Shown here in pieces: positions 49,911 to 59,064 of a stretch of DNA of 64,000 nt. The position numbers and the translations under genes were made by a program. The notes under the pieces were generated by a model. That model did no database searches. It worked only from the letters and a program-made list of their open reading frames with translations, and was not told the origin of the DNA. Source of the DNA: an uncultured Verrucomicrobiae bacterium. Its GTDB lineage: Bacteria > Verrucomicrobiota > Verrucomicrobiia > Chthoniobacterales > JAATET01. Position 1 is the first letter of the stretch. The number at the start of each line of letters is the position of its first letter. The DNA lies in NCBI GenBank assembly GCA_963719495.1, contig CAVRCI010000001.1, positions 96,001-160,000 on the forward strand. Direction: 5' to 3'.

Positions 49911-51415
49911 AAATCTTCGGCCTCACGCTCCTCGTTCTGCTCACACTCGCCCGCTGTTGGCTCGCCGCCACGCAGGACGTCACGCCGCCCGAGGCCTACC
50001 ACTGGATGGAGAGCAACCAGCTGGAAGCCGCCTTCTTCGACGGCCCCGGCGGGACTGCGGCCCTCGTGAAATACGGGCAGGCCATCTTCGGCCATGGCCC
50101 TCTTGGCCTGCGGATCGCCTTCCCCTTCGCCGCGTTGATCGCCTCCCTCGCGATGTATCTGTTCGCCCGGAACCTGTTCGGCACCGCGGTGGGGGTCATC
50201 TCGGTCGCCTTTCTCAACGCCCTCCCGTTTTTCAACCTCGCCGCCATCCACGCCGACCCGGCGATGCCCGCCCTCGCCGCATCACTCGTGACCGCCTGGG
50301 CGACCTGGCGCGCCTTCGACCGCAAGCGCGACCTTCCCTCGTGGCTCATCGTGGGTGCCGCCATCGCCATCGGGATTCAATTTCGCTACGCAAACATCCT
50401 GGCCTGGATCGCGATTCTTGCCGTCTGCGTCGCGTCGCCACGTTATCGCGTGCAATTCCGCCGATCCGGAATCTACGCCGCCCTTCTCATCACCCTCGCG
50501 GGCTGCCTCCCCGCCATCGGTTGGAACATCCAGCACGATTGGGCCCCGCTCGCCCTCGGGACCTTCCGCACGGCCTTCACCTTCGACCCGGCGAAATGGC
50601 CCTCCGCCCTCGGTGCGCTTCAATCCGGGCTTTCGATCTTCGCCGCCCTCCTCCTCGTCGCGGCCACCATCATCGCGGCCCGGCGGACTCGCCACCACCT
50701 CCGACCGCGCTTCGTCACCGCCTGGGTGCTGCCGTTTTTTGGCGCGTGGCTCTTCTTCGCACTCCACGGCGACCGCGACCCCGCGGACCTGCTCACCGCC
50801 GCCGCCCTCGCCATTCCGATGGCCGCCTGGCTCGGCTCCGGCCAGATCCGGATTTTTCAGACAATCCTTCCCGCCATCGTTCTGATCACCGCCGCCTCGG
50901 CCGCCATCGCAATCACGCTGCCCCGTTGGAATCCCCATCCCTGGGCGCAGGGCGATAACGCCCTCCCGTGGCCCCGCATCGCCGCCGTCGCCGAAACGCT
51001 CCGGGACGAAGGTCAGACGACCCGGCCCGAATCCATCTTCTTCATCGCGAAAAATCCGGCCTACACCTCCGCGCTCAACTACCACCTCCCGAAGATCGCC
51101 CAAGGCCGCCCGCGCGAAGTCTTCCTTCGCGAATCGCAGGATCTTTCGAACCAATTCGGCCTCTGGCCGCGCTACGACGAATTCGTCGAAACCACGGAAG
51201 CCCCGGACGAATTTTTCGAAGAACTTCGCGCCGCCAATCCCTACGCCGGCCGCTCCGCTCTCTACGTCACGGACGAAACCGATCTCCCGCAGACCATCGC
51301 CAGCGCCTTTCGCGCCGTCTCGCTCGCCGCCACTCTCGACGTGACCGACCAGGCCGGACGCCGCCGCACTTTGCGGTTTTATTTCTGCGAGGACTACCAG
51401 ACGATGCCGCTTTGA
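49907..51415 (+). CDS. GT-C (ArnT/GT39-like) membrane glycosyltransferase
   Basis: PEAYHW..FFDGPG..LR motif, multi-TM; GTGA overlap with the PAP2 gene. Confidence 0.75.
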   Translation: MKIFGLTLLVLLTLARCWLAATQDVTPPEAYHWMESNQLEAAFFDGPGGTAALVKYGQAIFGHGPLGLRIAFPFAALIASLAMYLFARNLFGTAVGVISVAFLNALPFFNLAAIHADPAMPALAASLVTAWATWRAFDRKRDLPSWLIVGAAIAIGIQFRYANILAWIAILAVCVASPRYRVQFRRSGIYAALLITLAGCLPAIGWNIQHDWAPLALGTFRTAFTFDPAKWPSALGALQSGLSIFAALLLVAATIIAARRTRHHLRPRFVTAWVLPFFGAWLFFALHGDRDPADLLTAAALAIPMAAWLGSGQIRIFQTILPAIVLITAASAAIAITLPRWNPHPWAQGDNALPWPRIAAVAETLRDEGQTTRPESIFFIAKNPAYTSALNYHLPKIAQGRPREVFLRESQDLSNQFGLWPRYDEFVETTEAPDEFFEELRAANPYAGRSALYVTDETDLPQTIASAFRAVSLAATLDVTDQAGRRRTLRFYFCEDYQTMPL

Positions 51416-52113
51416 GCGCCACCACTCCATCCGTTTCCGTCGTCATCCCGCTCTACAACGAGGAGGACAACGTCCCGATTCTTCAGGCCGAACTCGACAC
51501 CGCCCTCGCCGGAATCGACGCCGAGATCGTCTTCGTCGACGACGGCTCGACCGACGCCACCGTCTCCCGCGTCCGACCCGGCGACCGCGTCCGCCTGCTT
51601 CGATTCGAGCGCAACGCCGGCCAAAGCGCCGCCATGATCGCCGGTCTGCGGGCCGCCCGCGGCGCCACGATCGTCATGCTCGACGGCGACCTCCAGAACG
51701 ATCCCGCCGACATCCCGCGGCTCCTCGCCGAGATCGCCAAAGGCGCCGACCTCGTTTGCGGCTACCGCGCCCACCGCGCCGACAAACTGACCAAAAAAAT
51801 CACCAGCCGCGTCGCGAACTACGTCCGCAGCCGCTTCGTCGGCGACGGCATCCGCGACACCGGCTGCACGCTCAAAGCCCTGCGCCGCGAATGCGTCCCC
51901 GCCCTCGTCCCCTTCCACGGCGTCCACCGGTTCATCCCGGCGCTCATCAAAAACGCCGGCCACTCGATCGTCGAGATCCCCGTCAACCACCGCGCCCGCC
52001 AACACGGCGTCAGCAAATACGGCCTCGGCAACCGCGCCCTCCGCGCCACCACCGACATGTTCGGAGTCCGCTGGCTCCAATCGCGAACGCTGGACTACCG
52101 GATCAAGTCGTGA
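51412..52113 (+). CDS. GT2 polyprenol-phosphate glycosyltransferase (ArnC/DPM-like)
   Basis: SVVIPLYNEE, VDDGSTD, RNAGQSAA, DGDLQNDP and HRFIP motifs. Confidence 0.9.
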   Translation: MSATTPSVSVVIPLYNEEDNVPILQAELDTALAGIDAEIVFVDDGSTDATVSRVRPGDRVRLLRFERNAGQSAAMIAGLRAARGATIVMLDGDLQNDPADIPRLLAEIAKGADLVCGYRAHRADKLTKKITSRVANYVRSRFVGDGIRDTGCTLKALRRECVPALVPFHGVHRFIPALIKNAGHSIVEIPVNHRARQHGVSKYGLGNRALRATTDMFGVRWLQSRTLDYRIKS

Positions 52114-52361
52114 GCCCGTGTCGGCGGGCCGGGGAGCGCGAGCTTCCAGCTCGCCGTGCCGGGCATCCTGCCCGGCAACTCGTCACCAAACCGGCGAAGC
52201 CGCATTTTTCCCCGAGTGCCACGCCCGCAGCGAGAGCCACGGCCCGGCAGGAGCCTCGTCCTCCGAATGCCCTATGCGTTCGGCTGCCGACAAGTTGCCA
52301 ACGTCGTCCCAGGCTCCTCAACTTGCTTGCGCGTTCGCTATCGCTCAGAATGACAGCCAGG

Positions 52362-52390
52362 ACAAAACAAGGGGGGCGCAAAGCGCCCCC
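52362..52390 (-). terminator. Intrinsic terminator after ilvC
   Basis: Minus strand GGGGGCGC-TTT-GCGCCCCC followed by CTTGTTTTGT. Confidence 0.65.
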
Positions 52391-52420
52391 ATCAAAAGTC
52401 TCAAATGTCCGAAGACCAAA

Positions 52421-53446
52421 TCAATAAGCCGCCTGCGCGCCCTTCAGATTCTTTTTCTTGATCCACGGCATCAACCCACGCAAGCGCGCACCGGTCTTCT
52501 CGATCGGATGATTCGCGCCCTCCTTGAGAAGACGGTTGTATTCCGGATACCCGTTCTCGTATTCGGCGACCCATTCCTTGGCGAACTTGCCGTTCTGAAT
52601 CTCCTTGAGCGCCTTCTGCATCCGCTTCTTCACGCTGCCGTCGATGATCTTCGGACCGACCCGCACGTCGCCCCACTTGGCCGTCTCCGAAATCGAGAAC
52701 CGCATCCCGGCGATACCCGACTCGTTCATCAGATCCACGATCAGCTTCAATTCGTGCAAGCATTCGAAATACGCCATCTCCGGCGAGTATCCCGCCTCGA
52801 CCAGCACCTCGAACCCGGCCTGCACCAGCGCACTCGCACCGCCGCAAAGCACGACCTGCTCGCCGAAGAGATCCGTCTCGGTCTCTTCCTTGAAACTCGT
52901 CTCGATCACGCCTCCGCGCGTGCCGCCGACACCCTTGGCCCACGCCAACGCGACCTTCTTGGCCTTCTTGCTCGGATTCTGGTAGATCGCGATCAACGCC
53001 GGGACGCCTTTGCCCTCGGTGAATTGACGCCGAACGATGTGGCCCGGTCCCTTCGGCGCAACCATGATGACGTCGACTTCCTCCGGCACTTCGATCGTCT
53101 TGAAGTGAACCGCGAATCCGTGGCTGAAGAGCAACGTTTTTCCCTTCGTCAGATTCGGAGCGATGTCGGCGTTGAAAACGTTCGGGATCTTCGTGTCCGG
53201 CACCGCGACGAAAATCACGTCCGCCTTCTCGACCGCCTCGGCCGTATCGAACACTTCGAACCCCTGATCGGCCGCAACCGCGCGGCTCTTCGACTTCGCG
53301 TAGAGGCCGATGATGACCTTCACTCCGCTGTCCTTGAGGTTGAGCGCGTGGGCGTGGCCCTGTGAGCCGAAGCCGATGACGGCGCAGGTTTTTCCTTTGA
53401 GCACGCCCAAGTCGGCGTCTTTGTCGGTGTAGATTTTTGCAGGCAT
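52421..53446 (-). CDS. ilvC: Ketol-acid reductoisomerase
   Basis: [18 protein letters not shown] and [10 protein letters not shown] motifs. Confidence 0.97.
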   Translation of the reverse strand: MPAKIYTDKDADLGVLKGKTCAVIGFGSQGHAHALNLKDSGVKVIIGLYAKSKSRAVAADQGFEVFDTAEAVEKADVIFVAVPDTKIPNVFNADIAPNLTKGKTLLFSHGFAVHFKTIEVPEEVDVIMVAPKGPGHIVRRQFTEGKGVPALIAIYQNPSKKAKKVALAWAKGVGGTRGGVIETSFKEETETDLFGEQVVLCGGASALVQAGFEVLVEAGYSPEMAYFECLHELKLIVDLMNESGIAGMRFSISETAKWGDVRVGPKIIDGSVKKRMQKALKEIQNGKFAKEWVAEYENGYPEYNRLLKEGANHPIEKTGARLRGLMPWIKKKNLKGAQAAY

Positions 53447-53467
53447 GATGGTGGTTTGAGAGATTGA

Positions 53468-53947
53468 TTATTTGTTGGTTCGGGAAAGGGCGACCTTGCC
53501 GGTGCGCGTGAGATCCAGAATCCCAAAGCGCTCCATGAGCACGAGAAATTTGCTGATCTTGCCCTCGGTCCCGGTCACCTCGATCGACAACCGCTCGGGC
53601 TGCACGTCGATGATCTTGGCCCGGAAAATATCGCAGATTTGCATGACCTCGGCCCGCGTCTTCGAAGTCGCTTTCACGCGCAGAAGAAGCAGCTCGCGAT
53701 CAACGTATTCCTCGTCGCGAAAATCCTCGACGTCGATCACCTCGACGAGCTTGTCGAGCTGCTTGGTCACCTGGTCCAGCACGGTGTCGTCGCCTTTGAC
53801 CACGATCGTCATCCGGGACGTCGTCGGGTCGAGCGTCGGGCCGACGTTCAACGAGTCGATGTTGAAACCGCGTCCGCTGAACATTCCGGCAACCCGCGCG
53901 AGCACGCCGAATTTGTTTTCAACGAGAACGGAAAGGGTGTGACGCAT
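53468..53947 (-). CDS. ilvN: Acetolactate synthase small subunit
   Basis: MRHTLSVLVENKFGVLARV..RGFNIDSL ACT domain. Confidence 0.95.
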   Translation of the reverse strand: MRHTLSVLVENKFGVLARVAGMFSGRGFNIDSLNVGPTLDPTTSRMTIVVKGDDTVLDQVTKQLDKLVEVIDVEDFRDEEYVDRELLLLRVKATSKTRAEVMQICDIFRAKIIDVQPERLSIEVTGTEGKISKFLVLMERFGILDLTRTGKVALSRTNK

Positions 53948-54026
53948 GACGAGTAAAGAGCCGCGGAGAGTGGGCGCAAAGTTTCCCTTCGTCAAACCGA
54001 TTCTCGGCGGCTAGAACCTCGCCGCG

Positions 54027-54626
54027 ATGAAACTCGACCTGCCCGCGCAACCGTTCCAAGCCTACATTTTTGATTGCGACGGCACGATCGCCGACACCAT
54101 GCCGCTGCACTACCGGGCGTGGCAGCGCGCGATGGCCGAGCTGGGCGGCCAGTTTCCCGAAGACCTCTTCTACTCGTGGGGCGGCACCCCGACCCGCAGG
54201 ATTATCGCGCAGCTCAACGAGAAATTCGGCACCTCGCTGGACCCCGACGAGGCGGCTTCGCTGAAGGAACGATACTACACCGACCTCATCCCGGAGGCGC
54301 TGCCGATCGAGCCGGTCGTCGATCTCGTCAAGCAATTCCACGGCACTGCCCCCATGGCCGTCGCCAGCGGAGGCTTCCGCGAACTCGTCGTCGGGACCCT
54401 CGACGCGCTCGGCCTCACCTCCTACTTCGACGCGATCATCTGTGCCGAAGATACCGAGCACGGCAAACCCTCGCCCGATCCGTTCCTCGCCGCCGCGCGA
54501 GCCCTCGGAGTCCCGCCCGAAACGTGCCTCGTCTTCGAGGACGCGCCCATGGGCATCGAAGCCGCCAAAGCCGCCGGCATGCGCTACGTCCTGGTCCCCT
54601 CCGCGCCGGCCCGGGATGACTCGTAG
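54027..54626 (+). CDS. HAD family phosphatase
   Basis: FDCDGT, GKPSPD and VFEDA motifs. Confidence 0.9.
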   Translation: MKLDLPAQPFQAYIFDCDGTIADTMPLHYRAWQRAMAELGGQFPEDLFYSWGGTPTRRIIAQLNEKFGTSLDPDEAASLKERYYTDLIPEALPIEPVVDLVKQFHGTAPMAVASGGFRELVVGTLDALGLTSYFDAIICAEDTEHGKPSPDPFLAAARALGVPPETCLVFEDAPMGIEAAKAAGMRYVLVPSAPARDDS

Positions 54627-54720
54627 AAACAAAATACTCCCGCCCATCGGACGATTCCCCGATCCTCGAATCGGCGGCTCCCGCGTTGCGTCCCGGCCCA
54701 CTTCTGCAATGATGTCGGCG

Positions 54721-55272
54721 ATGAAAAACACCTTCCAAAAACTAGCCACCGGAACGCTCGCGGCACTCCTCGTCTCCGCGATCCCCACCTCCCTCCAAGC
54801 AGCCGACGCCCCGGCCTCGCTCATCGCCATCCTCACCCCGACCGCGGGCAATGACGTCACCGGCAGCGTGACCTTCGCCCAGGACGGCGACAAGGTGACG
54901 GTCACCGCCAAAGTCATGGGCCTCGAGCCGGATTCCAAGCATGGTTTCCACATCCACGAATTCGGCGACATCTCCAGTGCCGACGGCACGAGCGCCGGCG
55001 GCCACTTCAATCCCGAAGGTCACGATCACGCCCTCCCCACCACGGAAATCCGCCACGCCGGAGACCTCGGCAACCTCGCGACCAACGCCGAAGGCACCGC
55101 CGAGCTGACCGTGACCGTCGACAACGTCTCCCTGATGGAAGGCGCGGACGCCATCGTCGGTCGAAGCGTGATCGTTCACGAAAAAGCCGACGACGGCGGC
55201 CAGCCGACCGGCAACGCCGGCCCCCGCGTCGCAATGGGCGTGATCGGCGTCGCCAATCCCGGCGACAAATAA
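54721..55272 (+). CDS. sodC: Cu/Zn superoxide dismutase
   Basis: Signal peptide, HGFHIHE, GGHFNP, HAGDLGN and GNAGPR motifs. Confidence 0.94.
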   Translation: MKNTFQKLATGTLAALLVSAIPTSLQAADAPASLIAILTPTAGNDVTGSVTFAQDGDKVTVTAKVMGLEPDSKHGFHIHEFGDISSADGTSAGGHFNPEGHDHALPTTEIRHAGDLGNLATNAEGTAELTVTVDNVSLMEGADAIVGRSVIVHEKADDGGQPTGNAGPRVAMGVIGVANPGDK

Positions 55273-55310
55273 GAAAAGACCGGCACCCGACCGGAGACCG
55301 ATCAGATTTC

Positions 55311-55347
55311 AGGCGGGCGGACGCTCCAAGCGTCGCCCGCCTTTTTT
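55311..55347 (+). terminator. Intrinsic terminator after sodC
   Basis: AGGCGGGCG..CGCCCGCCT stem followed by a T6 run. Confidence 0.75.
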
Positions 55348-55348
55348 C

Positions 55349-56386
55349 ATGCCCGATTTTGCCCAATTCCCACTCGCCGCGAACGTCGCGCTTTTTCTCG
55401 TGGCGACTGGCGTCATCGCTCTCGCCGGGTGGAGGCTCGCCGGGCAGGCCGACCGTCTCGCGGACGTCACCGGGCTCGGCGAAGCCCTGGCCGGAGCCCT
55501 GTTTCTTGGAGCCAGCACCTCGCTCCCGGGAATCACGACCTCGGCCGTCACCGCGTGGCGAGGCTTCCCCGAATTCGCCGTCAGCAACGCGGTCGGCGGG
55601 ATCGCCGCCCAAACGGCCTTCCTCGCGGTTGCCGACATTTTCTACCGCAAGGTCAACCTCGAACACGCCGCCGCGTCCGCCTCGAACATCCTCCTAGGCA
55701 CGCTTCTCATCACGCTCCTCTCGGTTCCGCTCCTCGCGGCGTCCGGCCCCAACGTGGCGGTCTTCGGAATCAACCCCGCCTCGATCATTCTCGTCCTGGG
55801 ATACATCTACGGGATGCGATTGGTCTCGCGCGCTCGGGACGAGCCGATGTGGCGACCGCAACACACCCCCGAAACCCGCGCCGACGAACCCGACCCCGAC
55901 CCGCTGCGCGGCAAGAGTGTCTCCAGCCTATGGATCGCATTCGCCGTCACCGCCGCGATCGTCGGAGCCGCCGGATGGATCGTTGCGCAGACCGGGATGG
56001 CCGTCGCGTCGACGACGGGGCTCTCGGAGACAGCCGTCGGCGGATTCTTCACGGCCGTCTCGACGTCGCTGCCGGAATTGGTGACCGCCGTCGCGGCCGT
56101 CCGTCAGGGATCACTCACCCTGGCCGTGGGAGGCATCATCGGGGGTAACAGCTTCGACACGCTTTTCATCGCGGTTGCCGACGTGGCCTACCGGGACGGC
56201 TCGATTTATCACCACATCTCCAATCGGCAGACTTTCCTCATGGCCCTGACCATTCTGTTGACCGGCATTCTGGTGATGGGCCTCGTCCGACGCGAAAAAC
56301 GCGGCATCGCAAATATCGGGTTCGAGAGCTTCTCGATCCTCCTCATCTACGCCGCCGCGATCGCGTTCATGTTCACCGCACGCTGA
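55349..56386 (+). CDS. Sodium:calcium antiporter family protein
   Basis: GASTSLPG and STSLPELV..GGNSFD repeats. Confidence 0.88.
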   Translation: MPDFAQFPLAANVALFLVATGVIALAGWRLAGQADRLADVTGLGEALAGALFLGASTSLPGITTSAVTAWRGFPEFAVSNAVGGIAAQTAFLAVADIFYRKVNLEHAAASASNILLGTLLITLLSVPLLAASGPNVAVFGINPASIILVLGYIYGMRLVSRARDEPMWRPQHTPETRADEPDPDPLRGKSVSSLWIAFAVTAAIVGAAGWIVAQTGMAVASTTGLSETAVGGFFTAVSTSLPELVTAVAAVRQGSLTLAVGGIIGGNSFDTLFIAVADVAYRDGSIYHHISNRQTFLMALTILLTGILVMGLVRREKRGIANIGFESFSILLIYAAAIAFMFTAR

Positions 56387-56444
56387 CGTCCGACCGGACT
56401 CTGTCGATTCCGATCAGACGATGGAACGCCGCGCGCGGTGAGAC

Positions 56445-56891
56445 TCAGAATTTAAAGTGTTTGCCGAAGTCCTGCTCGCGGACATTCACGAGATTTGCCC
56501 CGAGCGACTCGCGCACGGACTCCTTCCAACGCCGATCCGGGATCGCGTCGAGGATCGCCTGATTGACCGAAGACGGCGCGGCGAACGACCAACGCTCCGC
56601 CTTGTGTTCGGTCAAAATCCGTTCGATGTGCCCGCCCAGGTCGCGGATCGCCCGGGCTTTATCCTCGAGCTGAATTCCTTCGTTTCCCGCGTGGGACATT
56701 GCTCCCGGCGCACCCCCGCTGGGCATCGCGCCCGCTTGGTCGGTGACTTTCTCGTGAAGCTGTTTGTTCGTCGCGATCAAATCGATCGCTTCGATCTCCC
56801 GGGGGAACGGCGACCGCTCCGGCGGATGTTCCAGTTCGAAAGCACGGAGACTGCCGGTATCGGCGACGATGATGATGTGAGTTTGTGACAT
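56445..56891 (-). CDS. Host-attachment / baeRF12-like protein
   Basis: IIVAD..LRAF, TDQAG and FAAPS pattern, 148 aa. Confidence 0.65.
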   Translation of the reverse strand: MSQTHIIIVADTGSLRAFELEHPPERSPFPREIEAIDLIATNKQLHEKVTDQAGAMPSGGAPGAMSHAGNEGIQLEDKARAIRDLGGHIERILTEHKAERWSFAAPSSVNQAILDAIPDRRWKESVRESLGANLVNVREQDFGKHFKF

Positions 56892-56926
56892 AACGGGGAC
56901 CTTTGTAATCGAAACGAATCCAGGAG

Positions 56927-57421
56927 TTAAGGACGAAGCGTCCCGTGCTGTTCACCCTCCTCGATGTCGGGCGTCGCGCCCGTCACGTAGGAGCTCGCGA
57001 CTTCCCAGAGGTAATCGAGTTTTTTTGCACCCGTGGTGTCCCAATACTCCGCGTCGATCGGGCTCACCGCGATCAACGCGAGGTTTGGGTCCGTCGGTCC
57101 CTCGGGAAACCAAGGCTTGAACGACTCGTTCCACACCGACTCGATTTTTGCGGTGTCCTCCGACAGGGTCGCGAGTCCGTTGATCGAAAGGTAGAGCGAT
57201 TGGTCGTTCTGACACGCCACGTGAATGAGCGTATCGCTCTCGATCTCGTGAACCTTGGCGGTATCCCGGGCCGTCAGAAAGTAAAAGCGCCCGCTGTCCT
57301 CCACTTCCGCGATGGCCATGGGTCGGGCCCGCAATTTCCCGCCGTCCGCCTTCGTGATGAGCATCGCGTTCGAAAAGTCCCGCAACTGCCCGCAAAATTT
57401 CCGAGTGTCTGATTGATCCAT
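56927..57421 (-). CDS. General stress protein / pyridoxamine-oxidase-like FMN-binding protein
   Basis: AMLIT..LRARPM and WFPEGPTDPNL..AEYWD motifs. Confidence 0.82.
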   Translation of the reverse strand: MDQSDTRKFCGQLRDFSNAMLITKADGGKLRARPMAIAEVEDSGRFYFLTARDTAKVHEIESDTLIHVACQNDQSLYLSINGLATLSEDTAKIESVWNESFKPWFPEGPTDPNLALIAVSPIDAEYWDTTGAKKLDYLWEVASSYVTGATPDIEEGEQHGTLRP

Positions 57422-57588
57422 AGACAAAAGAAACGAACGCCACCCCACCCCCGGCGGTGTAAAAATCCGTCCCGCCACCCCCCGGGGACCGCCACCCCCG
57501 GGGACCGCGACCATCCTGGTCGCCGTGTCGACCTTCCAGGTCGACACCCGTCCCAACCCGGCGAAGCCGCACTCCCCCCCACCTGCCG

Positions 57589-58773
57589 CTAACTCACCAA
57601 CACCGGCCCGCCACCCATCGGCACAACCCGCCGCAGCTTCTCGATCACCCGCGGCACGATCTCCAGCGCGGCATCCACGTCCGCCTCCGAATTGAACCGA
57701 CCAAACGAAAACCGCAGACTCGATCGAGCCCGCCGATCCGAAGCCCCCATCGCCTTGAGAACGTGCGACGGAGTGACCGATCCCGTCGTGCAGGCGCTCC
57801 CCGCCGAACAACAAATCCCCGCCTCGTCCAACAGCATCAGAGCCCCCTCGGCCTCGATCCCTTCGAACGCCAGATTCGTCGTGTTCGGCAGCCGATCCTC
57901 AGTCCCACCGTTGATCTCGATCCCGCTGACCGCCGCCAGAATTCCCGACTCGAATCGATCCCGCATCGCCCGCACCCGGGTCTGCTCTTCGGCCAAATGC
58001 CGACCCGCCACCTCCGCCGCGCAGCCCATCGCCACGATCGACGCCACGTTCTGCGTCCCGCCCCGCCGAGCCTCCTCCTGACTTCCCCGCAGCATCGGCG
58101 TGAACCGAACCCGCCGGTTCGCGTAAAGCGCGCCGACTCCCTTCGGACAGTGCAATTTGTGCCCCGAGATCGAAGCGAAATGAATCCCCGTATCGCCCAG
58201 CCGCACCGGCACCTTCCCCGCAGCCTGCACCGCGTCGCAGTGAAAAATCACTTTCTTCGCCCGGCAAATCTCCGCCACCCGCTCGACGGGAAAAAATCTC
58301 CCCGTCTCGTTGTTCGCCCAGAGCAGGCTCACCACCGCCGTATCGGGCCGGATCGACTTCTCGAGTTTTTCCAGGTCCAACGCCCCATCCGCCTCCACCG
58401 GCAACCACGTCACCTCGTAACCCCGCCGCGTCAGGTGCTCGCACAACTTCAGCGTCGCGCTGTGCTCCACCGCCGAGGTCACCACGTGCGTGCAATCCGG
58501 ATCCATCGCCGCCGCCGACAGGATTGCCGCGTTCGTCGACTCCGTCCCGCAGCTCGTGAACAAAATCTCCCGAGCCTCGCACCCCAGCAATTCCGCCACC
58601 TGCCCCCGCGCCCGCTCCACCGCATCCCGCGCCCGCTGACCCAGCCGGTAAGCACTCGAAGGATTCCCGTATTCTTCCCGCAGCCACGGCAGCATCGCCT
58701 CCAGCACCTCGGGATCGACCCGCGTCGTCGCGTTGTTGTCCAGGTAGATCAGGGATTGGTCGGGCGAATCCAT
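57589..58773 (-). CDS. Cysteine desulfurase (NifS/IscS family)
   Basis: YLDNNATT, GNPSS, FHCDAVQ, SGHKLH and SAGSACT motifs. Confidence 0.93.
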   Translation of the reverse strand: MDSPDQSLIYLDNNATTRVDPEVLEAMLPWLREEYGNPSSAYRLGQRARDAVERARGQVAELLGCEAREILFTSCGTESTNAAILSAAAMDPDCTHVVTSAVEHSATLKLCEHLTRRGYEVTWLPVEADGALDLEKLEKSIRPDTAVVSLLWANNETGRFFPVERVAEICRAKKVIFHCDAVQAAGKVPVRLGDTGIHFASISGHKLHCPKGVGALYANRRVRFTPMLRGSQEEARRGGTQNVASIVAMGCAAEVAGRHLAEEQTRVRAMRDRFESGILAAVSGIEINGGTEDRLPNTTNLAFEGIEAEGALMLLDEAGICCSAGSACTTGSVTPSHVLKAMGASDRRARSSLRFSFGRFNSEADVDAALEIVPRVIEKLRRVVPMGGGPVLVS

Positions 58774-58952
58774 CGAAAGAGCCGCGGAACCTAGTTCCCA
58801 CCGTCCCGCTTGGCAACACCGCGCATCGGCGACGCAGTCGCCGGGGACCGCGACCATCCTGGTCGCCGAGCCGACCTTCCAGGTCAGCTCCCGTCCAAAA
58901 AACGCGAAGCGCCACTTCCCCGCAACCCCCAGCCCACCCGCAACCCCCACCG

Positions 58953-59006
58953 CCGCCCCCCAACAAAACTTCGATGCGGCCGCATCGAAGTTTTGTTGGG
59001 GGGCGG
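58953..59006. repeat. Perfect 54-bp palindrome (NotI-centred family); copies at 6195-6232 and 48470-48511
   Basis: CCGCCCCCCAACAAAACTTCGATGCGG|CCGCATCGAAGTTTTGTTGGGGGGCGG. Confidence 0.92.
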
Positions 59007-59064
59007 GCAGGTGACTCGCCGCTCGCCACCCGCCAGGGTTGGGATAAGCTCCAACGTCCCTCGA

